Shown: piece after piece, positions 28,618-38,938 of the stretch
Layout of the letters: the number at the start of each line of letters is the position of its first letter
Numbering within the stretch: the first letter of the stretch is position 1
Assembly (NCBI GenBank): GCA_964406775.1
Contig: CAYOSW010000006.1
Coordinates: 1-57,853, forward strand
Reading direction: 5' to 3'
Length of the DNA: 57,853 nucleotides
Source: an uncultured Gammaproteobacteria bacterium
Lineage (GTDB): Bacteria; Patescibacteriota; Microgenomatia; Daviesbacterales; UBA10151
Position numbers and translations under genes: made by a program
Notes under the pieces: model-generated
Databases searched by the model: none
What the model was told of the DNA's origin: nothing
Seen by the model: only the letters and a program-made list of their open reading frames with translations

Positions 28618-29859
28618 TTAAAGTTTATCTACCTCTTCCAGTGCTCTCTCAAGCTGGAAATCCTTAAGGGTTGCAATTTCTTCTTTAATCTGGTCATCGG
28701 TCAACTTCACAACTATATCCGGGGTTAGACCGGTCTTGTGGATCCAACGGCCTAAGGGAGTCAGCCATTTAGACGTTGTTATATGAATTCCGGTCTTCTC
28801 AGGCAGATCCTGGGATTCCTGAACGGTTCCCTTACCGAAGGATGTTTCCCCGATTATTTTGCCGCGCTTATCATCCTGAATTGCACCGGCAACTATTTCC
28901 GAAGCTGAAGCAGAACCTTTATTAATTAAGACAATCAGCGGGAGATTTAAAAGTTTGCCCTCGCGATTTACTTTAAAAGGAATTTTTTCGCCTTTTGCAT
29001 CTTCCTGAATTACGATATCCCCCGATTTAATAAATTCAGAACCTATAAATACGGCCCCGTCCAAAAATCCTCCCGGATTATTCCGTAAATCTAAAATAAT
29101 CGCCTGAGGTGCTATAGCTAAAGCACTGGAAACGGCCTCGGTCCATTCCCCATTCGATCTTTCTCCGAATTTAGCGAGTTTGATCAGCGCTACCCGTTTA
29201 CCTGAAGGGGATTTTTTTTCCGCAAACTCAACGCTTTTTACTATAACCGTGTCTCTTTTCAGCTCGATAGTTTTAGTTTTACTGTCACCTTCGTGATAAA
29301 TCTCAAGAGCAACAGTCGTACCTTTCGGTCCGCGGATCAAATTAGCAGCCTCCGGAAGAGACATACTCATAGAATCCTTATTATCGATCTTTACAATCAC
29401 ATCACCGGGCATAATTCCCGCTTTGTCTGCCGGCGCTCCCTTAACCGGAGCGATCGCTGCAAGCCTGTTTTCCTTATCGTATCCGATCTGAAGTCCTACA
29501 CCCTCAAAACTACCGTTCAAATCTTCGGTTGTCGCCTTCTGCTCTTGAGGAGGGAGAAAAACTGTGTATGGGTCACCCAAGGAAGCCACCATTCCCTGAA
29601 TCGCACCATAAAACATTTTTTGAGGATCAACAGCTTTTTTATCAACATAATTAGAAGAAACAAGATCCCAAACCTGCCAGAAAAGTTTAAAATCAACATT
29701 TTTATCTTTGGGGATTTCCTGGTTCTCAAAATTAACTTTTGGAGTGAGTCCGCTGAGTTGCACCTGGAAATTCTGCTGTCCCAATCTCCATCCTACAATG
29801 AAGGTCAAAATAGCAATAACCAAAGTCACTGCGTTTATTTTGTTAAAAATATTTTTCAT
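28618..29859 (-). CDS. ctpA: C-terminal processing protease (S41)
   Basis: LGDPYT, PDZ, DLRNNPGG, SASASEI, SFGKGTVQ. Confidence 0.94.
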   Translation of the reverse strand: MKNIFNKINAVTLVIAILTFIVGWRLGQQNFQVQLSGLTPKVNFENQEIPKDKNVDFKLFWQVWDLVSSNYVDKKAVDPQKMFYGAIQGMVASLGDPYTVFLPPQEQKATTEDLNGSFEGVGLQIGYDKENRLAAIAPVKGAPADKAGIMPGDVIVKIDNKDSMSMSLPEAANLIRGPKGTTVALEIYHEGDSKTKTIELKRDTVIVKSVEFAEKKSPSGKRVALIKLAKFGERSNGEWTEAVSSALAIAPQAIILDLRNNPGGFLDGAVFIGSEFIKSGDIVIQEDAKGEKIPFKVNREGKLLNLPLIVLINKGSASASEIVAGAIQDDKRGKIIGETSFGKGTVQESQDLPEKTGIHITTSKWLTPLGRWIHKTGLTPDIVVKLTDDQIKEEIATLKDFQLERALEEVDKL

Positions 29860-30998
29860 TAATTAAAAATTATCTCGATATTACTTGAGGGGACCCTGAT
29901 TTTCCTAGCCTTGGTATCCACAGTCAAGAGATATGTTGATATTCCGGACTTTAAGGTAGTCGGCGTTTCATCAACCGCACTGACAATCCCTTGAGCCCCA
30001 AAAAAAGGAGGCCAGATTAACCTGACCTTCGCTCCGGTCTTTATTTCCCCGATCGTGATTTCAGGTTTCACACCTTGGGCACCGCCTTCGGGCAATCCGA
30101 CTTTCCTGCAAGACAGTATACTATTTGGGTCATCCGATGGCAATAAAATTCTACCCAAATTTCCACTAATCATAGCAAATCTCCCGTTATGTTTATTCAG
30201 CACATCCTGAAAATCCTCACCTATAGGTACAAGTCCGAATCCTTCCGAAGCGACAATCGAGATGCCTATTTCCGTACCAACTCTTCTGCTGGGCACAAGC
30301 GATGTTGCCATAGACAAGTAATCATCCAGATTAAGCCCTCCGCAAATTATTCCATTAACATTGCAGGTCAAAGCCTTTTTTATTGTCTCCTGCAAAACTA
30401 GCGAGCCTGCAACCAGAATCTGTCCCCGGTGTTCAGGAGTAACTTTATAAGCATTAACTAAATCGCCAGGTCCCGAAATGACATTTAAAAAACCTTCCTT
30501 CTCGCTTCCGGTACCGATCACTCCATATACTTCCGTACACATACACCTAACTGTGACTTCACCCTGCTGCTGATTTACATTCTCAATGACTCCGAACACA
30601 CCGGAAGTTAGAGATACATCTTTAGGAATTAACTTAAAAGTCGCCTCACCGGTATTTTTATCCAAGGTTTCAAAAATTGAATCAGTAGGCGCAATTATTT
30701 GGCTGGTTCCGAAAAACCCCTTTTTGAATGCTAAAAGCTCACCTTTAAAAACAGTTTGGCCAACATCTTTTTTCATATATTTAGAGATTTCCCCCGGGGA
30801 TACATTCAGTTCTTTAGAAATATTTACCTTAGTAAAACCTGCTGTAATTTTATAATGGCCTAAAATATCGTGAGGAGAAACTTCCGTATTTTTCTGGACA
30901 GAAATCTGCCCCGGGCCTTTTAAAGTTCTTTTTATTAAGCGGCATATACCGGGTCTGATCCTTATCCTTTGATTTGCGAACAATGCCTGTCTATTCAT
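29859..30998 (-). CDS. Conserved hypothetical with barrel-sandwich-hybrid-like repeats and KOW-like C-terminus
   Basis: V.KGELLA..KG.FG...APTD, GVFGVI, EGFG motifs; resembles the uncharacterised partner of GlmL/MutL-like genes (recall, not searched). Confidence 0.7.
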   Translation of the reverse strand: MNRQALFANQRIRIRPGICRLIKRTLKGPGQISVQKNTEVSPHDILGHYKITAGFTKVNISKELNVSPGEISKYMKKDVGQTVFKGELLAFKKGFFGTSQIIAPTDSIFETLDKNTGEATFKLIPKDVSLTSGVFGVIENVNQQQGEVTVRCMCTEVYGVIGTGSEKEGFLNVISGPGDLVNAYKVTPEHRGQILVAGSLVLQETIKKALTCNVNGIICGGLNLDDYLSMATSLVPSRRVGTEIGISIVASEGFGLVPIGEDFQDVLNKHNGRFAMISGNLGRILLPSDDPNSILSCRKVGLPEGGAQGVKPEITIGEIKTGAKVRLIWPPFFGAQGIVSAVDETPTTLKSGISTYLLTVDTKARKIRVPSSNIEIIFN

Positions 30999-31587
30999 CT
31001 GAAGATAATCTGAGATCAATTATTACGCCAAGTTCGCCGCCGAAAACTTTATACTCTGTGTCTTCAATTTTGATTTTCACCTCAGGTGATGCTATCGGCG
31101 ATATCGAAATCGTATCCACATTCAGCCTACTCTCTACTCCGTCAACAAGAACTTTTACAATCTTTTTGTCTTTTAAGATTTTTGATAGATCCGAAGGACT
31201 GACTAAAGTTCCTACAAGCTTCACCTGATTGCGGTCTTTAATATAAATTTGGCTTATGCCTTTTGGAGAAAGCGCTTCAATTAAAACGCCAGCCAATCTT
31301 GAAAGAGGCGGAAAACGTGTAACCATATTTTCAGGTATAAAGAGTTTATTTTTTTGAGGCTCAGAAACTATGGCGGGCTTTTGCTTAATTGCCTCCCTTA
31401 AAATAGCCAGATCAATTTCCAAATCCAACTCGTTTACCGCAACAGTTTGGGGATATAGAAGTCTGTTTCCGAAGAAATTGGAAAGCGTGTGATTCTCAGG
31501 CTTATTCGTAAGCCAGGAAGCGATTTGAGCTATGGTAACTTTATCAAGTTCTGGGAACTCCTCAAAAACACCTGTCAGGTGGGGCAT
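30991..31587 (-). CDS. Truncated GlmL/MutL (glutamate mutase L)-like protein, C-terminal part only
   Basis: N..LYPQTV....L.I..A..RE.. and GGELGVIIDLR patterns; own TG-t-TATACT-6-ATG promoter. Confidence 0.55.
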   Translation of the reverse strand: MPHLTGVFEEFPELDKVTIAQIASWLTNKPENHTLSNFFGNRLLYPQTVAVNELDLEIDLAILREAIKQKPAIVSEPQKNKLFIPENMVTRFPPLSRLAGVLIEALSPKGISQIYIKDRNQVKLVGTLVSPSDLSKILKDKKIVKVLVDGVESRLNVDTISISPIASPEVKIKIEDTEYKVFGGELGVIIDLRLSSDE

Positions 31588-31605
31588 AAGGGAAGTATAA
31601 CAAAT

Positions 31606-31824
31606 TTAGACTCGGGTAATGAAGGGAAGCATCGCCAAGTGTCTGGCGTATTTAATCTGAGAAGTTAGCTCTCTCTGGTGCTTACTACAAACTCCCGAAC
31701 GCATTTTAGCTATAATTCTTGAGCGGTCGGAGATAAACTTACGTAAAGCGGACGCATCGGTAAAATGCGGTTCTTTTCCGTTCTCACAGAAGAAACAAAC
31801 TTTTTTCTTAATTACATCAGCCAT
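31606..31824 (-). CDS. rpsR: 30S ribosomal protein S18 (Zn-binding type)
   Basis: KKVCFFC, LRKFISDRSRI, GVCSKHQR, ARHLAMLPF; own promoter TTGATT-18-TATAAT-7-ATG. Confidence 0.95.
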   Translation of the reverse strand: MADVIKKKVCFFCENGKEPHFTDASALRKFISDRSRIIAKMRSGVCSKHQRELTSQIKYARHLAMLPFITRV

Positions 31825-31870
31825 AACGGGTATTATATAACTTACAGGCTCAAACAATCAACAGATAAGA

Positions 31871-32647
31871 TTATACGGGTATATTTTCCGAAGAATCCAT
31901 TACCGACTCCATTTCCCTATGAAAAACTGCCTGCCCGTCGGGATATAAAGTAAGCGTATTTTGAGAAATGGCATAATAAACATTCTGGTCAGGGTGTTTA
32001 TAAACAATCGGGGGAGCCGGAATATCTGCAATTAAAATTGTATTTCCCTCATTCCCTCCGCTTCCGGGTAAAACAGGAGTACGGGCTTGCATTGTTTGAA
32101 TAAAAGGTTCTTCATCTTCCTCAGGTTCTGCCAGCATATCCGTAAATTCAACATCTTTAGCTCTCAGCCAGGTTTTAATACCTTCCGCATATTGATCCAT
32201 CGTCCGCGTTCCTCTATCCGCAAATATTGTTGCTTCTCTAATTAAACCCTTGGGCCGGTTTACAAAAAAGCCAAGAGTATACGGTAAACCATCTGAGCCC
32301 CGTACTTCAAAAGTTGTCGCCGTACCGCCACCTCTTAGATCCCTATTCCTGACTTTTATATAATCTTCCGGCAGTAATCCTTGATTACCAAACATCTCCA
32401 GTGCCTTAGGCGTAACAAATTCCCCTAAAAATCCCTTGAGTTGCTTAATCCTAAACTCGCGTTCTTTACCCTCAATAACATCGGGATCCTTATCTTTTTG
32501 CTGTGTTTCTGCCGCTTGGGCTGTAGGTATTAATGGAGCGAAAGGCTTTAGGGCCTCGTTTGCAATAACCAGACCTGCGCCAATACCGGCATCACGCAGT
32601 AAACGTCTTCTGGAAATCTTTCGGGGAGGGGCAGACTTGTTCTCCAT
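31871..32647 (-). CDS. Hypothetical exported protein with twin-arginine-like signal peptide
   Basis: ISRRRLL..G.GAG..; AQA cleavage site; inserted between ssb and rpsR. Confidence 0.7.
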   Translation of the reverse strand: MENKSAPPRKISRRRLLRDAGIGAGLVIANEALKPFAPLIPTAQAAETQQKDKDPDVIEGKEREFRIKQLKGFLGEFVTPKALEMFGNQGLLPEDYIKVRNRDLRGGGTATTFEVRGSDGLPYTLGFFVNRPKGLIREATIFADRGTRTMDQYAEGIKTWLRAKDVEFTDMLAEPEEDEEPFIQTMQARTPVLPGSGGNEGNTILIADIPAPPIVYKHPDQNVYYAISQNTLTLYPDGQAVFHREMESVMDSSENIPV

Positions 32648-32655
32648 CTATCGGG

Positions 32656-33171
32656 TTAAAAAGGTAAATCGTCTAAATTCTCTACTTCTTCTTTTTCCGG
32701 CCTGGGTTTTTTCTCTTCTTCGCTTGCTTCTGATTTCTGACTTTTACTTTCCGTCTTCTTTGCGGGCATCTCGTCTGCGCTTCTTGACGGTACTCCGGCA
32801 GGTTCCGCATCGTGGGAGAACTCACCGAATTCACCGTTCTTGTTGGTCAGAAGAATCATATCTTCTATTACAATCTCGGTAATATAACGGGTCTGCCCTT
32901 CGGGGGTTTCCCAGTTGCGGTTTTGGAGTCTTCCGGAAACAAACACCCTGTTGCCTTTCTTTAAAAGCTGGTTGCAAAGTTCGGCGAGTTTATTCCAAGC
33001 CACACAGCGGTGAAAATCTGCCTCTTCTTTTTTCTCTCCGTCTGAAACAAATGTGCGGTTGGTTGCGATTGTGAAAGTAACTACTGCAGCGCCACTCGGC
33101 GTATAACGCATTTCAGGATCACGGGTCAAATTACCTATTAACTCTACTCTATTCCAAGAACGACTTGCCAT
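32656..33171 (-). CDS. ssb: Single-stranded DNA-binding protein
   Basis: NRVELIGNLTRDPE, FHRCVAW, C-terminal DDLPF. Confidence 0.97.
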   Translation of the reverse strand: MASRSWNRVELIGNLTRDPEMRYTPSGAAVVTFTIATNRTFVSDGEKKEEADFHRCVAWNKLAELCNQLLKKGNRVFVSGRLQNRNWETPEGQTRYITEIVIEDMILLTNKNGEFGEFSHDAEPAGVPSRSADEMPAKKTESKSQKSEASEEEKKPRPEKEEVENLDDLPF

Positions 33172-33187
33172 TTTTTAATTACACTGC

Positions 33188-33568
33188 TTATTTTTTCTTA
33201 GCCTTGCCTTTAGTTTTATCTTCTTCTTTTATTTCCTCTTTTTCAATAACTTCAACTTTCTCTTCCTTTTTAGCCGGCTTTACTTTTTTTCTCTTCTCTT
33301 CGATTCGGACGATTAAATACCTGATAATATCCTCAGTTAATCTGATATTTTTGTCAAGAGTGATGATTACTGCAGGTTCTGCTTCGAATTCAAAATGAGC
33401 AAAAAATGCCCGGTCAGCGTGCTTTATAGGATATGCAAGAGATCTCATTCCCCAGAGCTCTTCTTTAATTAAATTGCCGAAATGTTTTTTCAGTCCGTCA
33501 AGAACACCGACTCTATCGGTTTCCGAAACCTTCTCGTTAATTAATACGGTCAGCGAATATTTTTGCAT
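33188..33568 (-). CDS. rpsF: 30S ribosomal protein S6
   Basis: WGMRSLAYPIK, IIRYLI; upstream of ssb. Confidence 0.92.
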   Translation of the reverse strand: MQKYSLTVLINEKVSETDRVGVLDGLKKHFGNLIKEELWGMRSLAYPIKHADRAFFAHFEFEAEPAVIITLDKNIRLTEDIIRYLIVRIEEKRKKVKPAKKEEKVEVIEKEEIKEEDKTKGKAKKK

Positions 33569-33574
33569 TGGGTA

Positions 33575-33603
33575 ATTTTAACCGTTTATGGGGTAGAATT
33601 CAA
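33575..33603 (-). promoter_or_regulatory. Leaderless sigma70 promoter of rpsF-ssb
   Basis: TTGAAT-17-TAAAAT-6-ATG. Confidence 0.75.
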
Positions 33604-33620
33604 CACCCGCTTGAGATTGC

Positions 33621-33998
33621 TTATTTTTTGTTAACTGAGGCGGCGTTATTAGCGGAAAAGTCTCCGGGCCTGGTTGTATCTATTGTATTTTGTCCTTTAC
33701 CTAAAACTGTATCCGCCATTCCTGAATTCTGATCAACCCCAACTCCGCTTAAACCGGGTTTGGGATTTCTTTTTTTGTTATCAAGCAGCCTGCGGAGAGG
33801 GAAAGGGTCTCTCGGCTCTTTTTTATTTAGATCCACCATTTTCGGCCCCTCGTCACCTTTTTCACCTTTGTCGGGGACGGTAGTCCGCACAAAACTACTG
33901 CCCTCAGTTCCGGCTCTTTTAGCCTTTAAAACTTCTTCTTCTGCCTCTCCGGGGGCTGAAATTGTACCTATTTGAACTTCCGATGATTCACCTGCCAT
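33621..33998 (-). CDS. Hypothetical, probably disordered protein (start moved to MAGES)
   Basis: TTGACG-17-TAGTGT-8-ATG supports the 33998 start. Confidence 0.6.
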   Translation of the reverse strand: MAGESSEVQIGTISAPGEAEEEVLKAKRAGTEGSSFVRTTVPDKGEKGDEGPKMVDLNKKEPRDPFPLRRLLDNKKRNPKPGLSGVGVDQNSGMADTVLGKGQNTIDTTRPGDFSANNAASVNKK

Positions 33999-34085
33999 AT
34001 AAAAGTACACTATCAGAATAAAATTAGAGCGTCAAGGCACGGATATTTTACTTCAGATTAAGTTTATTATATACTATAGGACTCT

Positions 34086-34763
34086 ATGATGTATTCGCCC
34101 GAGGTTATTAATTTACTTACAGCCGGTGAAAAACAGTTAAATGTTTTCGAGTCAAAAGTCCGGGAGCGCGGAGGGAAAATTTCTGTTCTGGTCCATCCGT
34201 TTTTCCAGGAAGATAATCCTGAACTTTGGTACTCCCGCAGACCGGAAACATTCGGTAAAGACAGGGAGCAGTTTTTAAGATCAAGCCTCGTAAACGGTAA
34301 TCCGCTGGTAATTTTTGAAGAAAGAGGGTTTGCCTGGCAGGCTTTACCTAAAAGACTGGGCGCAATTTACCCTGGAGGAACTGTTTATGCGGTAAGAACC
34401 GAACTGGTTACCCCTACCCCTTACAGACCTTATGATATGAATGATGTTACGCGTCTCTTCCGCAGAACGGGCGTCAGATCTATAAAGGTCGGCGGAATAA
34501 TTATGGAACTAATGCCGCTAGACGGCCGGGACGCGGACGAGCATCCGTTTATCGATATGTTTGACCAGCAGCTTTATGACCGCGGAGAATCCGCCAATGA
34601 ATTCTTAAAGCACGGGCTTTTACCTGACGGCTGTGCCGGAATTGCTGCCTGCGAATTTATTCAGGCAGGATTTGAAGTCACACTTCATCCGGTTAGTTCA
34701 CCCTCAAATAAATTGGAAGCGCTGAATTTAAGAAAGAATGCTCGGAAAAATTTAAAGGCTTAA
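34086..34763 (+). CDS. Hypothetical soluble alpha/beta protein
   Basis: Long ORF with TTTACT-17-TATACT promoter and AGGA; ISVLVHPFF motif. Confidence 0.7.
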   Translation: MMYSPEVINLLTAGEKQLNVFESKVRERGGKISVLVHPFFQEDNPELWYSRRPETFGKDREQFLRSSLVNGNPLVIFEERGFAWQALPKRLGAIYPGGTVYAVRTELVTPTPYRPYDMNDVTRLFRRTGVRSIKVGGIIMELMPLDGRDADEHPFIDMFDQQLYDRGESANEFLKHGLLPDGCAGIAACEFIQAGFEVTLHPVSSPSNKLEALNLRKNARKNLKA

Positions 34764-35254
34764 CCTTCATTATAGTAACTGTAGATTTTCTGCTGAGCCC
34801 TGTACCGTAAATATGCACCCTGAACCGCAAAGGCAAACCCCAGAGCCATTCCTACTGCGTCTCCCAGTAAGCGGTTCTTAGGCTTGGTCAAATCGCCGTC
34901 ATAACTTCTAACACCGGCTTCAACCTCTTTTTGATATCTGACATCATTAAAAAATCCCTGAACAGCCATCAGTCGTTTATCTGCCGCATCTGAAGGCAGG
35001 TTATTTCTTCTGGCGATATATAAATCGATCAGGGCTGATTCTCTCTCAATGCTTGCGGCAATTATCTGAGTTTGGGTAGCGCGTACTGGAAGTACCCTGT
35101 TAAGTTCTTTTTGGATATCATATTCACCCCAAAGCGCATCAACCGCACCCATCACAAAAAGACCGGCGCCTATGGCCATTCCCCATCTGCTATGTTCTTC
35201 AAGCTCAAAAGCTCTATCAAGTTCTTTCTCGGGATCACTTTCCTTTTTCGGCAT
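34760..35254 (-). CDS. Hypothetical protein with two hydrophobic segments
   Basis: ORF fills the gap downstream of ychF. Confidence 0.6.
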   Translation of the reverse strand: MPKKESDPEKELDRAFELEEHSRWGMAIGAGLFVMGAVDALWGEYDIQKELNRVLPVRATQTQIIAASIERESALIDLYIARRNNLPSDAADKRLMAVQGFFNDVRYQKEVEAGVRSYDGDLTKPKNRLLGDAVGMALGFAFAVQGAYLRYRAQQKIYSYYNEG

Positions 35255-35293
35255 TTGAATATTATAGGATATTTGATGCGGATATACAAATCT

Positions 35294-36391
35294 TCAGGAG
35301 CCAATTAAAAACTCAACTACATCACCGTCTTTCATCTCATAATCTTTTCCCTCTGTCCTGACCCATCCTTTTGCTTTAGCGGAAGCCATACTACCGGCCT
35401 CAATTAATTGATCATAAGAAACAACCTGCGCCCTGATGAATTTTTTAATAAAATCTGTATGAATTACGCCTGCAGTATCGGGAGCCTTCATACCCGTTTT
35501 AAAAGTCCAGGCCTTCACTTCTTTTTTGCCTGCGGTTAAAAACGAAGCGAGTCCCAACAGCGAGTAAGCTTTTTTAATTAGTCTTTCTAACCCGGGCTCC
35601 TTAATCCCGAGCTCCGCTAAATATTCTTTTTTCTCCTCATCCGAAAGTTCGGATAACTCCTCTTCTATTTTTGCCGAAACCACCATCTCGTTACCGTTTG
35701 CCGTTTCGTGCTCCATCCTATGCGCGTAAGAACCCTCATCAACGTTAAAAACGTAAAGGATTGGTTTTATTGTTAAAAGAGGTAAGGTCGAAAACCATAG
35801 TTTTAAACGCTCATCCCCTACTTCGTATTTACCCAACATCCTCCCCTGCTCAAGCTCCCCTTTTATTAAATTTAAAATTTCCAGTTTCTGGGTTTCAAGC
35901 GGATCTTTTGAGCCACGCATTGTTTTTTCCTGACCTGTAATTAATTTTTCCAAAACCTGAAGATCTGCTAAAGCCAGTTCGGTTTCTATTGTCTCCCTGT
36001 CATTTTTCGGATCGGTGCTCCCCTCGCGGACGATATTTGCGTCGGTAAAATCCCTTAAGACGTGGATTATTGCGTCGACTTCGCGGATGTGCGAGAGGAA
36101 TTGGTTTCCGAGCCCCGCGCCCGTTGAGGCGCCCTTAACAAGCCCGGCGATATCCACAAACTCGATCGTCGCATTGATAACCGGAGGAAGCGAATCCATC
36201 TTCTCCTCGGTTTTAGTAATTTCCGCCAGCTTCAAAAGCCGTTCGTCAGGAACAGCCACAATCCCGGTATTCGGTTCAATAGTTGCAAATGGATAATTCG
36301 CACTAAGTGCCACCCGCTTCTTCAAAAGCGAGTTAAACAAAGTACTTTTACCAACATTCGGGAGACCCACAATCCCAACTTTTAAACTCAT
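35294..36391 (-). CDS. ychF: Redox-regulated ATPase YchF
   Basis: GIVGLPNVGKST, NYPFATIEPN, DIAGLVKGA, GVIHTDF, GKDYEMKDGDVV. Confidence 0.97.
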   Translation of the reverse strand: MSLKVGIVGLPNVGKSTLFNSLLKKRVALSANYPFATIEPNTGIVAVPDERLLKLAEITKTEEKMDSLPPVINATIEFVDIAGLVKGASTGAGLGNQFLSHIREVDAIIHVLRDFTDANIVREGSTDPKNDRETIETELALADLQVLEKLITGQEKTMRGSKDPLETQKLEILNLIKGELEQGRMLGKYEVGDERLKLWFSTLPLLTIKPILYVFNVDEGSYAHRMEHETANGNEMVVSAKIEEELSELSDEEKKEYLAELGIKEPGLERLIKKAYSLLGLASFLTAGKKEVKAWTFKTGMKAPDTAGVIHTDFIKKFIRAQVVSYDQLIEAGSMASAKAKGWVRTEGKDYEMKDGDVVEFLIGS

Positions 36392-36460
36392 TCGTGAATT
36401 TTAACAGGAATAATAAGAAAACAGAACTCATCTGATATACTTATTTTCTGCCTATGATCA

Positions 36461-37324
36461 ATGAGATTTATTTATCTTCTGGCAATTATTATAGCCTTCG
36501 CTCAATTTGCCATTGTAGTTTTATTGGTTAATGTTCTCCACAGCTTTTCTACTCAATCATTCAACATCACATCAGGATTTGTCAGCGAATGGTTAACTGC
36601 ACTGGCAACATTATTTGCTGCAGGTGTTGCTCTTTTTGGTATTTTTTATACTAACTCAGCAGAAAGTAAACGCAGACGCGAAGAGAAACGCACTGATAAA
36701 TTCTACGATCATCGAAATACGATCGTCCAACTCGAACACGAAATTATTCCCATTCGCGTCAGAATGTTTCGGAATCTAAGTGTTTTAAAAGATGCCCTTG
36801 ATAACACCAATCCTTCTCGTACGCGATTGATTCTGAGATTCGATAAACTTAATATAAGCGCTGGCTTAAGTTTAAAACTACTTAGCTTAGATCTTATAAA
36901 TAAGTATTCTGAATTATATTCATTGCTTGAAACTATAAATTCAGATTTTGATTATATCGAACGAATGGTTACATCACTTCAAAACAGGAAGGAGTTGACT
37001 ATAGAACAAACATTAAGTTTAGAGCAAGCATATATAACTATGCTCCCGTATATTCTTGATCAATGCGAAAGAGCTGACAGTAAGTCTCTTAAGCTGCTTA
37101 CCATATGTAAACTAGCTTTAGCAAAAGATACTGAAACTCAGCTTAAAAATTATCAAAAGAAAGGGGGTGAGATTATTTACAGCATAAGAGAGGAGGAGCT
37201 TAAGTTGAAAAATGCTGAAATTGAAGAAGAGGAACAACTTCCTGAAAAAGACGGCGAGCCGCGTCCTAAGTTTGTCTCTCTTTACTTAGATATAGTAAAA
37301 GTCCCCTTACCTAACCCTGTCTAA
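36461..37324 (+). CDS. Hypothetical protein, two N-terminal TMs plus helical cytoplasmic domain
   Basis: 287-aa ORF, visibly AT-richer than its neighbours. Confidence 0.7.
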   Translation: MRFIYLLAIIIAFAQFAIVVLLVNVLHSFSTQSFNITSGFVSEWLTALATLFAAGVALFGIFYTNSAESKRRREEKRTDKFYDHRNTIVQLEHEIIPIRVRMFRNLSVLKDALDNTNPSRTRLILRFDKLNISAGLSLKLLSLDLINKYSELYSLLETINSDFDYIERMVTSLQNRKELTIEQTLSLEQAYITMLPYILDQCERADSKSLKLLTICKLALAKDTETQLKNYQKKGGEIIYSIREEELKLKNAEIEEEEQLPEKDGEPRPKFVSLYLDIVKVPLPNPV

Positions 37325-37334
37325 TATTTCATAG

Positions 37335-38938
37335 CTATTTACAAACGCGAATCGTCTGGCCAATTTGAAGAACCGAAACCCCGGGATTTAAACTAACCAG
37401 CTCCCCAAACCTGCTCCCCCTGCCTAGCTCCTTCTCCGCAATCCTCCAAAATGAATCCCCTTCCTGTACAACATAAGAGCAACTCTCCGGAGTCTTAGAA
37501 ACCCCCGCAACCGCTTGCCCCGAAGACTTAGAAGTAATCAAGGACGGATTAGAACTAAACGGATTTAAATTAGCAAAAAACTGCGTAATATTAGCCTCTC
37601 TTCCTTTAGTTTTAATAGACTTCACACTGCTCCAACCCCCGGCATTACAACCATTAACCGCCTGAACTTTAAAGTAGTACGTCGTATTAGGCGAAAGGCC
37701 GGAAACAGTCCTTCCTATAGTCCAAAGGTTACCGGAATATCCAAACAAATCCCCATATTGATTTGCATTAGAATCCAGTCCATAACTTACGTTATATCCT
37801 GAACTTCCGCTGACTGTTGAAAAATACAAATTTGCATAAGTTCCTGCCGTATCAATTTTAAAAAGGTCCGGCACCCCGGCGGGAGTGGAAGCATTACAAT
37901 TCGGAGGATCAGTTGTAGACGGAGGATGGTAAACGGGTTGGGATGGAGGATATGGATTAGAGCCTAAATACGCCCTACCGTCGCAGACAACTGCAACCAG
38001 CACCTGACCATCTCTGGAAATAGCACCTCCATTCCAAGTTTGATCCGTATCACCCAAAGGCTGAGTCTCAGTCCAGGTGCCCCCTGTGTCTGTTGATATA
38101 TAAAGCCTTAGGCTGTTTGAAACAAACATAGTTCTTCCGTCTGAGGAAATGGACGCGATACTCCAAGTTGCATCATTATCTCCTGCAGGCTGAAGCTCTT
38201 CCCAGGTATCTCCACCGGTTAGTGACCGGTAAAGCCTGCCGTTAAGAGCGCCTGCCAAAACTGTCTGGCCGGTAAGCCCAAGCGAATTCCATTGAACATC
38301 AATATCTCCTGCAGGCCTGACCTCAGCCCAATTATCCCCACCATCAGTTGATCTATATAATCTGGAACTATCTATTCCTGCAAACATTGTCTGTCCATCG
38401 GAAGACACAATACTAGTCCTCCATTCCTGGTTGGTATTTCCAACCGGCCGTACTTCTGCCCAATCACTACCGGCATTAATCGATCTGTACAATCTACCAT
38501 TATTAACACCCGCCAAAAGAATTTGGCCATCAGAAGACATACTTGTGGTATACCACCTCAGATCACTATCCCCTCCCGGCCGGGTCTCAGTCCAACTATC
38601 TCCACCGTTAGTTGTTATATAAAGCCTATTATTTAGTACGCCGGCTAATATAATTTGACCGTTTGAAGACATACTTACGGGAAGCCAATTCCAATCAAAA
38701 TCACCGTCAGGCTGAGTTTCTGCCCAAGTATCCCCGCCATCTTCTGACAAGTAGAGACCTCCGTTTTGGGAACCAACAATTATTATCTGGCCGTCTGAGG
38801 ACATAGCTACCGGAGTCCAGGGATTATCGGTATTTCCGGCCGGTTGTTTTCGAACCAAGTTACGGCAGCCTGAACAGAAGTAGTAAAAAAGATTGAGATT
38901 AATATAAAGGCTAAGGAGAGTAAAACAATTTTCCTCAC
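37335..38938 (-). pseudogene. Secreted 7-bladed BNR/Asp-box beta-propeller + FN3 + LysM protein; frameshift near 38850 separates the signal peptide
   Basis: GTG 38938 (TATACT-6-GTG) reads MRKIVLLSLAFILISIFFTTSVQAAVTWFE; the repeat frame continues KQPAGNTDNPW. Adding one A to the A4 run restores WFEKQP. Seven S.DGG.TW-type repeats; YVVQEGDSFWRIA LysM. Confidence 0.85.
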
